Shown one piece after another: positions 11,744-24,411 of a DNA stretch of 64,000 nt. The stretch is from the human T2T-CHM13v2.0 reference genome, Homo sapiens. Where the stretch lies: positions 11,200,001-11,264,000 of the forward strand of contig CP086569.2 in assembly GCA_009914755.4 (NCBI GenBank), read 5' to 3'. The notes under the pieces are model-generated. The model did not search any database. It was not told the origin of the DNA and was given only the letters and a program-made list of their open reading frames with translations. The translations under genes were made by a program, and so were the position numbers. Numbering within the stretch: position 1 is the stretch's first letter; each line of letters begins with the position of its first letter.

Positions 11744-12434
11744 ATTCCATTCCATTTTATTTCATTCCATTCCATTGCATACCATTCCATTCCATTCCAC
11801 TCCATTCAGTTCCACTCCACTGCACTCCAATCCACTCCACTCCACTCCACTCCACACCACTGAACTCCACTCCACTCCACTCCATTCCATTCCACTCCAT
11901 TCAACTCCACACCATTCCACTCCATTCCTCTCAACTCCATTTCACTCCACTCCACTCCATTCCACTCCTCTCCATTCCATGCCATTCTACTGCAGTCCAC
12001 TCCACTCCATTCCACTCCACTCTCCACCATTCCATTTTATTCCTCTCCTTTCCACTTTTCTCCACTCCATTCAATTCGACTCCACTGCAGTCCACTCAAC
12101 TCCACTACATTCCACTCCACTCCACTCATTTCCAATCATACCATTCCATTCCAGTCCACTCCACTCCATTCCATTACACTCCATTCGACTCCATTCCATT
12201 CCATTCCACTTCATCCACTCCATTCCATTCCACTCCACTCCATTCCACTCCTCTCCACTCCATTCCACTCCCCTCCGCTCCATTCCTTTCCACTCCACTC
12301 CTCTCCATTCCACTCCACTCCACTCCATTCCACTCCTCTCCACCCCATTCTACTCCACACCACTCCATTCCGATACACTCCGTTCCACTCCATTCCTTTA
12401 TATTCCATTCCTTTTCACTCCATTGCATTCCATT

Positions 12435-12538
12435 CCTTTCTTTTGACAGGATATCGCTGTGTCACCCTTGCAGGAGTGCAGTGACACAATCTCAACTCTG
12501 ATTACATGTCAACTTTCCATTTCATTGCATTATATTCC
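12435..12538 (-). repeat. Alu-derived HOR module type E
   Basis: gacaggatatcgctgtgtcaccc...cacaatctcaactctgattacatgtcaactttccatttcattgcattatattcc. Confidence 0.75.
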
Positions 12539-12961
12539 ATTCCATTCCATACCATTCCACTCAATTCGTTTCCACTCCACTCCACTGCAATCTACTCCAC
12601 ACCACTCCACTCCATGCTGCTCCATTCCACTCCACTCCTCTCCACTCCATTCCATTCCACTCCATTCCACTCCACACCATTCCATTCCATTCCACTCCAC
12701 TCTCTTACACTCCACTCCACTCCATTGCACTCCACTGCATGCCATTCAACCCCACTCCAATCCAATCCACTCCACCTCTTTCCACTCCTCTCCATTCCAC
12801 TCCACTACACTCCAGTCCTTTCCATTCCACTCCGTTCCTCTCTATTCCACTCCATTCCACAACACTCTACTCCACTCCACTCCACTCCACTCCACTCCAC
12901 TCCACTCCACTACATTCCATTCCTTTCCATTCCATTCCATTTCACTCCATTGCATTCAATT

Positions 12962-13063
12962 ATTTCTTTGGACAGGATATCACTGTGTCACTTAGGCTGG
13001 ATTCAAGTGGCACAATCTCAGCTCACATTACGTGTCAGCTTTCATTGCATTGCAGTCTATTCC
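12962..13063 (-). repeat. Alu-derived HOR module type E
   Basis: gacaggatatcactgtgtcacttaggctggattcaagtggcacaatctcagctcacattacgtgtcagctttcattgcattgcagtctattcc. Confidence 0.8.
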
Positions 13064-13380
13064 ATTTCATTCTCTTCCATTCCATTCCTTTCCATTCCAC
13101 TCTCTTCCACTCCACTCCACTCCACTACATTCCATTACATCCGAGTGCATTCCACTCCATTCCATTCCTCTCCAATGCACACCACTCCACTCCATTCCAC
13201 TCGATCCCATTCAATTATGCTCCATTCCACCTCATTCCCCTACACCCCACTCCACTCCACTTCGGTCCATTCCATTGCATCCCATTCAATTCCTCTCCAT
13301 TTCACTCCACTCCACTTCTCTCCACTTCACTGCACTCTTGTCCAATCCATTCTATTCCATTCCACTGCATTCCATTAAAT

Positions 13381-13460
13381 TCCTTTCCCTCAAGAGTATC
13401 TCACTTTGAAACCCTGCCTGGAGTGCAGTGGCACAATCTCCGTTCCCATTTCATTTCACG
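13381..13460 (-). repeat. Alu-derived HOR module type A
   Basis: caagagtatctcactttgaaaccctgcctggagtgcagtggcacaatctccgttcccatttcatttcacg. Confidence 0.75.
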
Positions 13461-13621
13461 ATTCCATTCCATTCCATTCCACTCCACTCCAATCCATTCC
13501 ATTCCACTGCACTCCCTTCCATTCCAGTCCACTCCACTTCTTTCCATTCCGTCACACACCAATCCACTCCTTTCCACTCCACTCCCCTCCATTCCATTCG
13601 ATTGCACTCCATTCCATTCCA

Positions 13622-13701
13622 TTCCTTTATTTTGATTGGATCTCACTCTGTCACGCAGGCTGGTGTGCAGTGGCACAATCTCAGCTAAGATTTCATTTCA
13701 C
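13622..13701 (-). repeat. Alu-derived HOR module type B
   Basis: ttttgattggatctcactctgtcacgcaggctggtgtgcagtggcacaatctcagctaagatttcatttcacc. Confidence 0.8.
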
Positions 13702-14075
13702 CATTCGTTTCCATTCCATTCCATGGCACTTCACTCCACTAGAATCAATTTTACTCCATTCCTCTCCACTCCAAACCATTCCCTTCCATTCCATTCTAAT
13801 CCATTCCACTCCACTACCCTCCACTCCACTCCACTCCATTCAACTACACTACATTCCACCTCACTCCATCCCATTCCACTCCACTCCATTCCACTCCACT
13901 CCGCTATAGTCCCCTCTAATCCACTCCACTCCACTCCATTCCGTTCTACTCCACTCCATTCCATTCCCCTCTGATCCCCTCCACTCCACTCCATTCCATT
14001 CCATTCCATTTCGTTCCGTTCCATTCCATTCCATTCCATTCCATTCCATTCCATTCCATTCCATTCCATTCCATT

Positions 14076-14154
14076 CCTTTCCTTTCCACGGGATCTCACT
14101 CTGTCTAAAATTCTGGAGTTCAGTGGTACAATCTCAGCTAACATTTATTTTCAC
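14076..14154 (-). repeat. Alu-derived HOR module type D
   Basis: ttccacgggatctcactctgtctaaaattctggagttcagtggtacaatctcagctaacatttattttcacc. Confidence 0.7.
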
Positions 14155-14318
14155 CATTCCATTTCTTTCAATTCCTTCCCAGTCCATTCCACTCTATTTC
14201 ACTCCACTCCTCTCCACTCCACTCCATTCCATTCCTCTTCATCCCATTCCATTCAACTCCACTCCAATCCACTCCACTCCATTCCATTCCATTCTATTTC
14301 CCTCCATTACATTGCATT

Positions 14319-14430
14319 CCTTTCTTTCGACGGGATATCACGGTGTCACTGAGGCTGGAGTGCAGTGGCACAATCTCAGCTCTCATTACATGTCAACTTT
14401 CAATTGCATTGCATTCTATTCCATTGCATT
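14319..14430 (-). repeat. Alu-derived HOR module type E
   Basis: cgacgggatatcacggtgtcactgaggctggagtgcagtggcacaatctcagctctcattacatgtcaactttcaattgcattgcattctattccattgcatt. Confidence 0.8.
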
Positions 14431-14724
14431 TCATTGCGTTCCATTCCATTCCATTCCAGTGCATTCCATTACATTCCATTACATTCCTGTTCATTCAATG
14501 CCATTCCTTTCCACTCCATTCTACTCCACTCCACTCTACTACATTACATTACATGCAATTCCATTCCTCTCCATTCCCCTCCTCTCCACTCCACAGCCCA
14601 CCACCCCACTCCATTGCACTGCCTCCCATTCCTTTCCACTCCATTCTACTGCAATCCACTCCACCCCACTCCACTCCACTTCATTCCATTTCATCCCATT
14701 CCATTCCAATCCCTTCCATTCCAC

Positions 14725-14804
14725 TCCTATCTTTCGACAGGATCTCTTTCTGTCACACAGTCTGTAGCGTAGTGACACAATCTCAACACACATTTCTTTT
14801 AACC
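14725..14804 (-). repeat. Alu-derived HOR module type C
   Basis: tttcgacaggatctctttctgtcacacagtctgtagcgtagtgacacaatctcaacacacatttcttttaacc. Confidence 0.8.
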
Positions 14805-15215
14805 ATTCCATTCCATTCCTTTCTATTCCATTCCATTCCATTAGATTACATTACATTACATTACACTCCACACCACTCCAGTCCACTCCACTCCACTCCA
14901 CTCCACTCCTGTCCATTCCATTTCACTTCACTCCACTCTAAACATTGCACTGCACTCCACTCCTCTCCAATACATTCCACTCCATTCTATCCCACTCCAC
15001 TCCACTCCACTCTGTTTCACTCCACTCCATTCCAATCCACTCCACTCCATTCCATTCCACTCCACTCCACTCCATCCATTCCACTCCACTCCATTCCATT
15101 AAATTCCATTCCATTCCATTTCACTCCACTCCACTCCACTCCACTCCATTCCATTCCACTCCACTCATCTCCACTCCTTTCCTTTCCATTCTATTCCATT
15201 ACATTGCACTTCATT

Positions 15216-15339
15216 ACTTTCTTTTGACAGGATATCACTGTGTCACTCAGGTTGGAGTGCAGTGGCACAATCTCAGCTCACATTACATGTCAACTTTTCT
15301 TTTTATTGCATTCTATTCAATTACATTCCATTGCATTCC
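15216..15339 (-). repeat. Alu-derived HOR module type E
   Basis: ttttgacaggatatcactgtgtcactcaggttggagtgcagtggcacaatctcagctcacattacatgtcaacttttctttttattgcattctattcaattacattccattgcattcc. Confidence 0.8.
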
Positions 15340-15671
15340 ATTCCATTCCATTCCATTCCATTCTATTCCATTCCACACCATTCCACTCCACTCCACTCCC
15401 CTCAGCTACATTCCATTGCATCCGATTCCATTCCATTCCATTCCACTCCTCTCCCCTCCACTGCACTTCACTACACTCCATTCCACTCCATCCCATTCCA
15501 TTCGGCTCCATTCCACTGCACTCCCCTCCACCCCAATCCACTCCACTTAAATCCATTCCATCCCATTCCATTCCTCTCGATTCCACTCCAATCCACTTCA
15601 CTCCACTCCACTCCAATCCAGTCCACTCCATTTCATTGCATTCCATTCCATTCCACTCCATTTCATTCCAT

Positions 15672-15751
15672 TCCTTTCTTTCAAGAGTATCTCACTCTGT
15701 CACCCATACTGGAGCACAGTGGCAGAATCTCACCTCACATTTCATTTCACC
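15672..15751 (-). repeat. Alu-derived HOR module type A
   Basis: tttcaagagtatctcactctgtcacccatactggagcacagtggcagaatctcacctcacatttcatttcacc. Confidence 0.8.
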
Positions 15752-16190
15752 ATTCCATTCCATTCCATTCCATTCCATTCCATTCCATTCCATTCCACTG
15801 CACTCCACTCCAATCCACTCCAGTCCACTCCGCTCCACTCCACTCCACTCCTTTCCATTCCATTTCACTTCACTCCATTCTACTCATTCCACTCCACACC
15901 ACTCCACTCCCATCCATTCCACACCATTTCATCCCACTCCACTCCACTGCACTTCACTCCATTCCACTCCAATCCACTTCACAGCATTCCACTCCACTCC
16001 ACTCTATTTCACTCCACTCCATTCCATTCCACTCTACTCCACTTCACTCCATTCCAAACCCTTCCACTCCACTGCACTCCACTCCATCCATTCCACTTCA
16101 CTCCATTCCACTCCATTCCATTCCACTGCATTTCATTCCACTCCACGCACCTTCACTCCACTCCATTCCATTCCACTCCATTCCGTTCCA

Positions 16191-16269
16191 TTTTTTTTCT
16201 TTCCACAGCATCTCTCTCTGTCACAAAGGCTGCAGTGCAGTGGCACAGTCAGCTTCATTTCTTTTCACC
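16191..16269 (-). repeat. Alu-derived HOR module type D
   Basis: ttccacagcatctctctctgtcacaaaggctgcagtgcagtggcacagtcagcttcatttcttttcacc. Confidence 0.75.
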
Positions 16270-16380
16270 ATTCCATTGCATTCCATTCCATCCCTTTCCA
16301 TTCCACTCTATTTCACTCTACTCCACTCCACTCCATTCCATTCCATTCTATTACATTCCATTTCACTCCATTGAATTTCA

Positions 16381-16490
16381 TTCCTTTCTTTCAACAAGAT
16401 ATTACTGTGTCACCCAGGCTGGAATGCTGTGGCACAATCTCAGCTCACATTGCATGTCAACTTTCCGTTGCATTGCATTCTTTCCATTCC
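16381..16490 (-). repeat. Alu-derived HOR module type E
   Basis: caacaagatattactgtgtcacccaggctggaatgctgtggcacaatctcagctcacattgcatgtcaactttccgttgcattgcattctttcc. Confidence 0.8.
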
Positions 16491-16786
16491 ATTCCATTCC
16501 ACTCCGTTCCAGTCCACTCAACTCCACTCCACTACATTCCATTATATATGATTCCATTATACTCTATTCCACTACTCTCCACTCCGCTGCACTTCACTCC
16601 ACTCCACTGTACTCCATCCCATTCCATTGCGCTCCACTCCCCTGCACTCCAATCCACCCCACTCCACTTCATTACATTCCATTTCACCTCATTCCATTCC
16701 GCTCCATTCCACCCTACTCCACATCACTCCTCTCCCCTCCAACCCACTCCATTTCATTCCATTGCATTCAACTACATTCCATTCCA

Positions 16787-16867
16787 TTCCTTTCTTTCGA
16801 GAGTATCTCACTCTGTCACCCAGTCTGGAGCACAATGGCAGAAACTTAGCTCACATTTTATTTCACC
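16787..16867 (-). repeat. Alu-derived HOR module type A
   Basis: tttcgagagtatctcactctgtcacccagtctggagcacaatggcagaaacttagctcacattttatttcacc. Confidence 0.8.
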
Positions 16868-17063
16868 ATTCCATTCCATTCAATTCCATTCCGTTCCACT
16901 CCACTCCACTCCACTCCATTCCAATCCATTCCACTCCACTCCACTCCACTCCATTCCAGTCTACTCCACTTCATTCTATACCATCCCATTCCATTCCCCT
17001 CCTTTCCACTCCACTCCACTCCAGTCCATTGCATTCCATTACACTCCATTCCATTCCATTCCA

Positions 17064-17144
17064 TTCCTTTCTTTTGACAGGATCTCACTCTGTAACCCAG
17101 GCTGGTGTGCAGTGACACAATCTCAGCTCACATTTCATTTCATC
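17064..17144 (-). repeat. Alu-derived HOR module type B
   Basis: ttttgacaggatctcactctgtaacccaggctggtgtgcagtgacacaatctcagctcacatttcatttcatc. Confidence 0.85.
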
Positions 17145-17263
17145 ATTCCATTCCACTGCGTTCCATTCCACTGCACTCCACTCCACTCCACTCCACTCAA
17201 TTTCACTCCACTCCACTCCCATCCATTCCATTCCATTACATTCTAATCCCTTCTATTCCATTC

Positions 17264-17340
17264 CCCTCTTTTGACAGGGTCTCCCTCTGTCACGCAGGCT
17301 GTAGCATAGTGGCGAAATCTCAGTAAATATTTCTTTTCAA
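17264..17340 (-). repeat. Alu-derived HOR module type C
   Basis: ttttgacagggtctccctctgtcacgcaggctgtagcatagtggcgaaatctcagtaaatatttcttttcaac. Confidence 0.8.
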
Positions 17341-17681
17341 CATTGCATTCCACTCCTTTCCATTCCATTCTGTTCTATTCCATTCTGTTCCATTCCATTC
17401 TGTTCCATTCCATTCCGTTCCGTTCCATTCCACTCCACTCAACTCCATTCCACTCAACTCCACTGCACTCCACTCCACTCCACTCCATTCCATTCCAATC
17501 CATTCAAATCCACTCCACACCACTCCATTCTACTCCCCTCCACTCTACTCCACTCCACTCAATTCCACTGCACTCCACTCCTCTCCATTCCACTCCCCTC
17601 CATTTTCCACAACTCCACTCCACTTCATTCTACTCCACTCCACTCCATTCCATTCCATTCCAATTAATTCCATTCCATTCA

Positions 17682-17758
17682 TTTATTTTCGCAAGATCTC
17701 ACTCGGACACAGAGCCTGCAGTGTAGTTGCACAATCTCGGCTCATATTTCTTTTGACC
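17682..17758 (-). repeat. Alu-derived HOR module type D-like (D')
   Basis: ttttcgcaagatctcactcggacacagagcctgcagtgtagttgcacaatctcggctcatatttcttttgacc. Confidence 0.65.
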
Positions 17759-17931
17759 ATTCCATTGCATTCCATTCCATCTCATTCCATTACACTCCGT
17801 TTCACTCCTCTCCACTCCATTCCATTCCACTCCATCCCATTCCATTCGAATTCATTCCACTCCACTCCAATCCACTACTATCCAATCCACTACATTCCAT
17901 TAAATTCGCTTCCATTTCTCTCTATCGATTC

Positions 17932-18050
17932 CATTCCTTTCTTTCCACAAAATATCACTGTGTCACCCAGGCTGGAAGTGCAGTGGCACAATCTCAGCTC
18001 ACATAACGTGTCAACTTTCCATTGCATAGCATTCTATTCAATTGCATTCC
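17932..18050 (-). repeat. Alu-derived HOR module type E
   Basis: ccacaaaatatcactgtgtcacccaggctggaagtgcagtggcacaatctcagctcacataacgtgtcaactttccattgcatagcattctattcaattgcattcc. Confidence 0.8.
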
Positions 18051-18659
18051 ATGGAATTCCATGGCATTCCATTCCATTGCATTCCATTCCATTCCATTTC
18101 ATCCCATTCCAATCCATTAGATTCCACTCCATTCCACTCAACTCCACTCCACTACACTACATTCCATTACATCTGATTCCATTCCACTCCATTGTAATCC
18201 TCTCCAATCCACTGCACTCCACTCCAATCCATTCCACTCTATCCCATTCCATTATGCTCCAATCCACTGCCCTCCACTCCACACCACTCCAATCCACTTC
18301 ATCCCATTCCATTCCATCCCATTCCATTCTTCTCCATTCCACTCCCCTCCACTCCACTCTGTTCCACTATATTCCTTTCCACTCCACTCCATTCCACGCC
18401 ACTCCATTTCACTCCACTGCACTCCACTGCATTCCACTCCACTGCACTCCACTCTACTCCTTTCCACTGCACTCCATTCTATCCCACCTCCACTCCACTC
18501 CATTCCACTTCACTTCAATCCACTCTGTTTGAATCCATTCTATTCCACTCCAATCGACTCCACTCCAATCCACTCCACTCCATTCCACTCCACTCCACTC
18601 CCTTCCACTCCACTCCACTCCACTCCACTCCACTTCCTTCCATTCCATTCCACTCCATT

Positions 18660-18744
18660 CCTTTCCTTTCTTTCCACAGGATCTCACTCTGTCACAAAGG
18701 CTGGAGTGCACTGGAACAATCTCAGCTCACATTTCTTTTCACAG
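18660..18744 (-). repeat. Alu-derived HOR module type D
   Basis: ttccacaggatctcactctgtcacaaaggctggagtgcactggaacaatctcagctcacatttcttttcac. Confidence 0.85.
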
Positions 18745-18959
18745 TTGTATCGCTTTCTATTCCATTCCATTCTATTTCACTTCATTCCACTCCACTCCAC
18801 TCCTCTTTACTCCAATCCACTACATTCCATTACACTCGATAAGATTCCATTCGACTCCATTCCACTCCACTCCTGTCCAGTCCACTCCACTGCACTCCAC
18901 TCCACTCCAATCCACTCCATACCACTCCATTCCATTTCATTTCACTCCATTGCATTCCA

Positions 18960-19078
18960 TTCCTTTCTTTCAACAGGATATCACCGTGTCACACAGGATG
19001 GAGTGCAGTGTCACAATCTCAGCTCACTTTACATGTCAACTTTCCATTACATTGTATTCTATTCCATTGCATTCCATT
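18960..19078 (-). repeat. Alu-derived HOR module type E
   Basis: caacaggatatcaccgtgtcacacaggatggagtgcagtgtcacaatctcagctcactttacatgtcaactttccattacattgtattctattccattgcattcc. Confidence 0.8.
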
Positions 19079-19691
19079 GCATTCCATGGCATTCCTTTCC
19101 ATTCCATTCCATTCAATTCCATTCCATTCTACTCCGTTCCACTCCATTCCACTCCACTACACTACATTCTGTTACATCCGATTCCATTCCACTCCATTCC
19201 ACACCTCTCCACTCCACTGAACTCCAAGCCTACCCATTCCACTGCATCCCATTCCATTCTGCTATATTCCACTGTACTTCTGTCCACCCCACTCCACTCA
19301 ACTTCATTCCATTCAATTCCATCCTATTCCATTCTTCACCATTCTACTCCACTCCACTCCTTTCCATTCCACTCCAGTCCTTTCCACTCCACTCCATTCC
19401 ACTCGACTCAATTCCACTCCACACCACTCCACTCTAATCCATTCCAATCCACTCCATTCAAATCCACTCCGCTCCACTCCATTCCACCCTCCTGCATTCC
19501 AATCCAACCCACTCCACTCCATTCCCCTCTGCTCCACTCCCTTCCACTCCTCTCCACTCCACTCCCTTGCAGTCCTCTACACTCTGTTGCACTCTACTCC
19601 AATCCACTACCCTTCTGTCCACTCCACTCCACTCCATTATATTCCACCCCACTCCACTCCATTCCATTCCATTAAACTCCATTCCCTTCCA

Positions 19692-19772
19692 TTCCTTTCT
19701 TTCCACCGGATCTCTCTCTGTCACAAAGGCTGTAGTGCAGTGGCACAATCTCAGCTCATATTTCTTTATACC
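19692..19772 (-). repeat. Alu-derived HOR module type D
   Basis: ttccaccggatctctctctgtcacaaaggctgtagtgcagtggcacaatctcagctcatatttctttatacc. Confidence 0.8.
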
Positions 19773-19969
19773 ATTCCATTGCATTCCATTCCATCCCATT
19801 CCATTCCACTCTCTTTCACTCCACTCCACTGTACTCTATCCCATTTAACTCCATCCCATTCCATTCGAATCCATTCCACTACAATCCACTCCACTCCATT
19901 CCATTCCATTCCATTCCATTCCATTCCATTCCATTCCATTCCATTCCATTCCATTGCACTTTATTGCAT

Positions 19970-20089
19970 TCCTTTCCTTTCTTTCGACAGGATATCACTG
20001 TTTCACTCAGGTTGGAGTACAGTGGCACATTCTCAGTTCACATTAGATGTGAACTTTCCATTTCATTGCATTCTGTTCAATTGCATTCC
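19970..20089 (-). repeat. Alu-derived HOR module type E
   Basis: tttcgacaggatatcactgtttcactcaggttggagtacagtggcacattctcagttcacattagatgtgaactttccatttcattgcattctgttcaattgcattcc. Confidence 0.8.
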
Positions 20090-20400
20090 AATGCATTCCA
20101 TTCCATTCCATTCCATTCCACTCCTTTCCACTCCACTCCACTGAGGTACGTTCCATTGCATCCGAGTCCATTTCACTCCATTCCAATCCTCTCCACTCCA
20201 CTACACTCCATTCCACTCCATCCCATTCCATTCAGCTCCATTCTACTGCACTCCAATCCAACCCATTCCACTCCATTTCATTCCATTCCATTCCATCCCA
20301 TTCCATTCCTCGCCATTCCTCGCCATTCCACTCCAGTCCACTCCACTCCACTCCAGTTCACTCCATTTCATTGCATTCCATTCCATTCCATTCCATTGCA

Positions 20401-20481
20401 TTCCTTTCTTTCGAGAGTATCTCACTCTGTTACCAAGCCTAGAGCACAGTGGCACAATCTCAGCTCGCATTTCATTTCACC
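20401..20481 (-). repeat. Alu-derived HOR module type A2
   Basis: tttcgagagtatctcactctgttaccaagcctagagcacagtggcacaatctcagctcgcatttcatttcacc. Confidence 0.85.
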
Positions 20482-20898
20482 ATTCCTTTCTGTTCCATTC
20501 CATTCCATTCCATTCCATTCCATTCCATTCCATTCCAATACATTCCATTCCATTCCACCCCATTCCATTCCATTCCATTCTATTTCATTCAATTCCATTA
20601 CATTTGACTCCTTTCCATTCCACTCCACTCCACTCAACTACATTCCATTTCAATCCATTCCACTCCTCTCCAATCCACTCCACTCCACTTTACTCCATTA
20701 CACTCCATCCCATTCCATTCGTCTCCATTCAACTGCACTCCACTCCACCCCAATCCACTCCACTTCATTCCATTCCATCCCCTTCCATTCCTCTCTATTC
20801 CAATCCAATACACTTCACTCCACTCCACTCCACTCCAGTCCACTCCATTTCATTGTTTTCCATTCCATTCCATTCCATTCCACTCCATTCCATTCCAT

Positions 20899-20978
20899 TC
20901 CTTTCTTTCTAGAGTATCTCACTCTTTTACCAAGCCTAGAGCCCAATGGCACAATCTCAGCTCACATTCCATTTCTCC
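20899..20978 (-). repeat. Alu-derived HOR module type A2
   Basis: ttctagagtatctcactcttttaccaagcctagagcccaatggcacaatctcagctcacattccatttctcc. Confidence 0.8.
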
Positions 20979-21245
20979 ATTCCATTCCATTCCATTCCAC
21001 GCCATTCCAGTTCACTCCTTTCCATTCCCTTCCATCCCTTTCCATTCCACTACTTTCCACTTCTTTCCAGTCCACTCCACTCCACTCTACTCCACTCCAC
21101 TCCATTCTACTCCACTCAATTCCACTTCGCTCAACTCCACTCCACTAAATTCCACTCCACTCCATTCCATTCCATTCCATTCCTTTCCATTCGATTCCAT
21201 TCCATTCCATTCCTTTCCATTCCATCCTTTTCACTCCATTGCATT

Positions 21246-21364
21246 CCTTTCCTTTCTTTTGACAGGATATCACTGTGTCACTCAGGCTTGAGTGCAGTGG
21301 CACAAACTCGGCTCCCACTACATATCATCTTTCCATAGCATTGCATTCTATTCAAATGCATTCC
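21246..21364 (-). repeat. Alu-derived HOR module type E
   Basis: ttttgacaggatatcactgtgtcactcaggcttgagtgcagtggcacaaactcggctcccactacatatcatctttccatagcattgcattctattcaaatgcattcc. Confidence 0.8.
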
Positions 21365-21726
21365 ATTCCATTCCATTGCATGCCATTCCATTCCATTCCA
21401 TTTAATTAAATTCCATTCCATTCCTTTCCCCTCCACTCCACTCCACTCCACTACATTTCATTACATCGGATTCCGTTCGATTCCATTCCACTCCTCTCCA
21501 CTCCACTTCTCGCCACTCCACTCCATTCCACTCCATCCCATTCCATTCTGCTCCATTCCTCTGCACTCCACTCCACCCCACTACACTCCAATTCATTCCA
21601 TTCCATTCTATCACATTCCTTTCCTCTCCATTCCACTGTACTCCGCTTCACTCCATTCCACTCCACTGCATTCCACTCCATTCCATTCCATTCCATCCCA
21701 TTCCATTTCACTCCATTGCACTCCAT

Positions 21727-21803
21727 TCCTTTCTTTCATCAGGATATCACTGTTACCCAGGCTTGAGTGAAGTGGCACTATCTCAGCTCACATTTCTTTT
21801 CAC
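21727..21803 (-). repeat. Alu-derived HOR module, E/D hybrid
   Basis: E-type head (caggatatcactgttacccaggcttgagtgaagtggcac) with D-type tail (catttcttttcacc), no E extension. Confidence 0.65.
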
Positions 21804-22045
21804 CATTCCATTCCATTCCTTTCCATTCTGTTCCATTCAATTCCATTCCATTCCACTCCTTTCCACTCCACTCCACTACATTCCATTACACTCCATTCCA
21901 CTCCTCTCCACTCCACTCTACTCCACTCCACTTCATTCCACTCCATCCCACTCCATTCGGCTCCATTTCACTGCACTCCTCTCCACTCCAATCCATGCCA
22001 TTTCATTCCATTCCATCCCATTCCATTTCACTACCTTACAATCCA

Positions 22046-22161
22046 TTCCTTTCTTTCAAAAGGATATCATTGTGTCAGCCAGGCTTAAGTGCAGTGGCAC
22101 AATCTCAGCTCACACTATATATCAACTTTACATTGCCTTGCATTCTATTCCATTGCATTCC
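22046..22161 (-). repeat. Alu-derived HOR module type E
   Basis: aaaaggatatcattgtgtcagccaggcttaagtgcagtggcacaatctcagctcacactatatatcaactttacattgccttgcattctattccattgcattcc. Confidence 0.8.
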
Positions 22162-22529
22162 ATTCCAATCAATTGTATTCCATTCCATTCCATTTCATTC
22201 CATTGCATTCCATTCCATTCCATTCCATTCCATTAAATTCAATTAAGTTCCATTCCATTCCGTTCCACTCCACTCCTCTCCACTACATGTCATTTCTTCT
22301 GATTCCATTCCACTCCTCTCCACTCCACTGCACACCACTCCACTCCATTCCACTCCATCTCATTCCATTCCACTCCATTCCATTGCACTCCACACCACCC
22401 CACTCCACTCCAATTCATTCCATTCCATTCCATCCCATTCCAATCCTCTCCATTCCTCTCTACTCCACTTCATTCTATTCCACTCCACTGCAGTCCACTC
22501 CATTCCATTCCATTGCATTGCATTCCATT

Positions 22530-22607
22530 CCCTTCTTTCGAGGGTATCTCATTCTGTCACCCAGCCTGGAGTGTAGTGGCACAAACTCAGTTTACATTTC
22601 ATTACCA
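22530..22607 (-). repeat. Alu-derived HOR module type A
   Basis: tttcgagggtatctcattctgtcacccagcctggagtgtagtggcacaaactcagtttacatttcattacc. Confidence 0.8.
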
Positions 22608-22840
22608 TTCCATTTTACTTCTTTCCATTCCATTCCATTCGATTCCATTCCATTCCATTCCATTCCATTCCATTCCATTCCATTCCATTCCTTTCCGTTC
22701 CATTCCATTCCTTTCCATTCCGTTCCACTGCACTCCAATCCACTCCACTCAATTCCACTACACTCCACCACAATCCATTCCATTCCATTCCATTCCATTC
22801 CATTCCATTCCATTCCATTTGAATCCCTTCCATTCCACTC

Positions 22841-22917
22841 CTGTCTTTCGACAGAATCTTCCTCTGTCACACAGGCTGTTGTGTAAAGGCACAATCTCAG
22901 CACACATTTCTTTTCAC
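22841..22917 (-). repeat. Alu-derived HOR module type C
   Basis: tttcgacagaatcttcctctgtcacacaggctgttgtgtaaaggcacaatctcagcacacatttcttttcacc. Confidence 0.8.
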
Positions 22918-23044
22918 CATTCAATTTCGTTTCATTCTGTTCCATTCCGTTCCGTTCCATTCCGTTCCACTCCACTCCACTCAACTCCATTCCACTCCAC
23001 TCCACTCCACTCCAGCCCATTCAGTTTCACTCCATTGCATTCCA

Positions 23045-23170
23045 TTCCTTTCTTTGGACAGGATATCACTGTGTCCCCCAGGCTGGAGTGCAGTGGCACA
23101 ATCTGAGCTCACATTAAATGCCAACTTTCCATTGCATTGCGTTCTATTCCATTGCATTGCATTGCATTCC
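23045..23170 (-). repeat. Alu-derived HOR module type E
   Basis: ggacaggatatcactgtgtcccccaggctggagtgcagtggcacaatctgagctcacattaaatgccaactttccattgcattgcgttctattccattgcattgcattgcattcc. Confidence 0.8.
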
Positions 23171-23965
23171 ATTCCATTCCATTCCATTCCATTCCATTCC
23201 ATTCCATTCCATTCCATTCCATTCCACTCCATTCCATTCCAATCCCTTCCATTCCACTCTCCTCCACTCTAATCCACTAAATTCCATTTCATCCGCCTCC
23301 CTTCCACTCCTTTCCAGTCCTCTCCACTCCACTGCACTCCTCTCCAATATATTCCACTCCATCCTATTTAATTCTGCTCCATTCCACTGCACTCCACTCC
23401 ACCCCACTCCACTCCACCTCATTCCATTCCATTCTTTCCAATCCCATTCCTCTCCATTCCACTCCACTCCACTTCATTTCACTCCATTCCCCTCCAGTCC
23501 ACTTCATTCCATTCCATTCCATCCTATTCCACTCCACCCCACTCCACTCCATTTCATTGCATTCCCTTCAATCCCATTCCTTTCGTCTCCATTCCACTCC
23601 ACTTCACTCCCCTCTAGTCCAATCCACTCCACTCCACTCCATTCCGTTACATTTCATTCCATTCCATTCCATTCCTCTCCGTTCCACTACACTAAACTCC
23701 GCTGCACAACATTCCATTACATTCGATTTCATTCCACTACATTCCACTCCTCTCACCTCCTCTGCACTCCATGCCACTGCATTCCACTTCATCCTTTCCC
23801 ATTCCGCTCCATTTCACGGCACTCCCCTCCACCCGACTCCACTCCACTTCATTCCATTCCATTCCTTCCCATTCCATTCCACTCCTTTCTACTCCACAAC
23901 TTTACTCCAGTCCACACTAGTCCACTCCATTCGATTCCGTTCCGATGCACTGCATTCTGTTACAT

Positions 23966-24045
23966 TCCTTTCTTTCAAGAATATCTCACTTTGTCACCCA
24001 GCCAGGAGTGCAGTAGCACAATCTCAGCTAGCATTTCATTTCACC
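23966..24045 (-). repeat. Alu-derived HOR module type A
   Basis: tttcaagaatatctcactttgtcacccagccaggagtgcagtagcacaatctcagctagcatttcatttcacc. Confidence 0.8.
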
Positions 24046-24226
24046 ATTCCATTCCTTTCCATTCCACTCCATCAACTCCACTCCACTCCACTCCAATTAA
24101 TTCCACTCCACTCCATTCCAGTCCACTACACTTCTTTCCATTCCATCCCATTCCATTGCATTCCTTTCCACTCCACTCCAGTCCACTCCATTCCACTCCA
24201 TTCCATTATACTCCATTCAATTCCAT

Positions 24227-24307
24227 TCCTTTCTTTTGACAGGATCTCACTCTGTCACCCAGGCTCGTGTGCAGTGGCACAATCTCAGCTCACATTACAT
24301 TTCACCA
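24227..24307 (-). repeat. Alu-derived HOR module type B
   Basis: ttttgacaggatctcactctgtcacccaggctcgtgtgcagtggcacaatctcagctcacattacatttcacc. Confidence 0.85.
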
Positions 24308-24411
24308 TTCCATTCCATTACATTCCACTGCACTCCACTCCACTCAATTCCACTCCACTACACTCCAATCCATTCCATTCCATTCTGTTCCATTCCATTA
24401 CTTTCCATTTC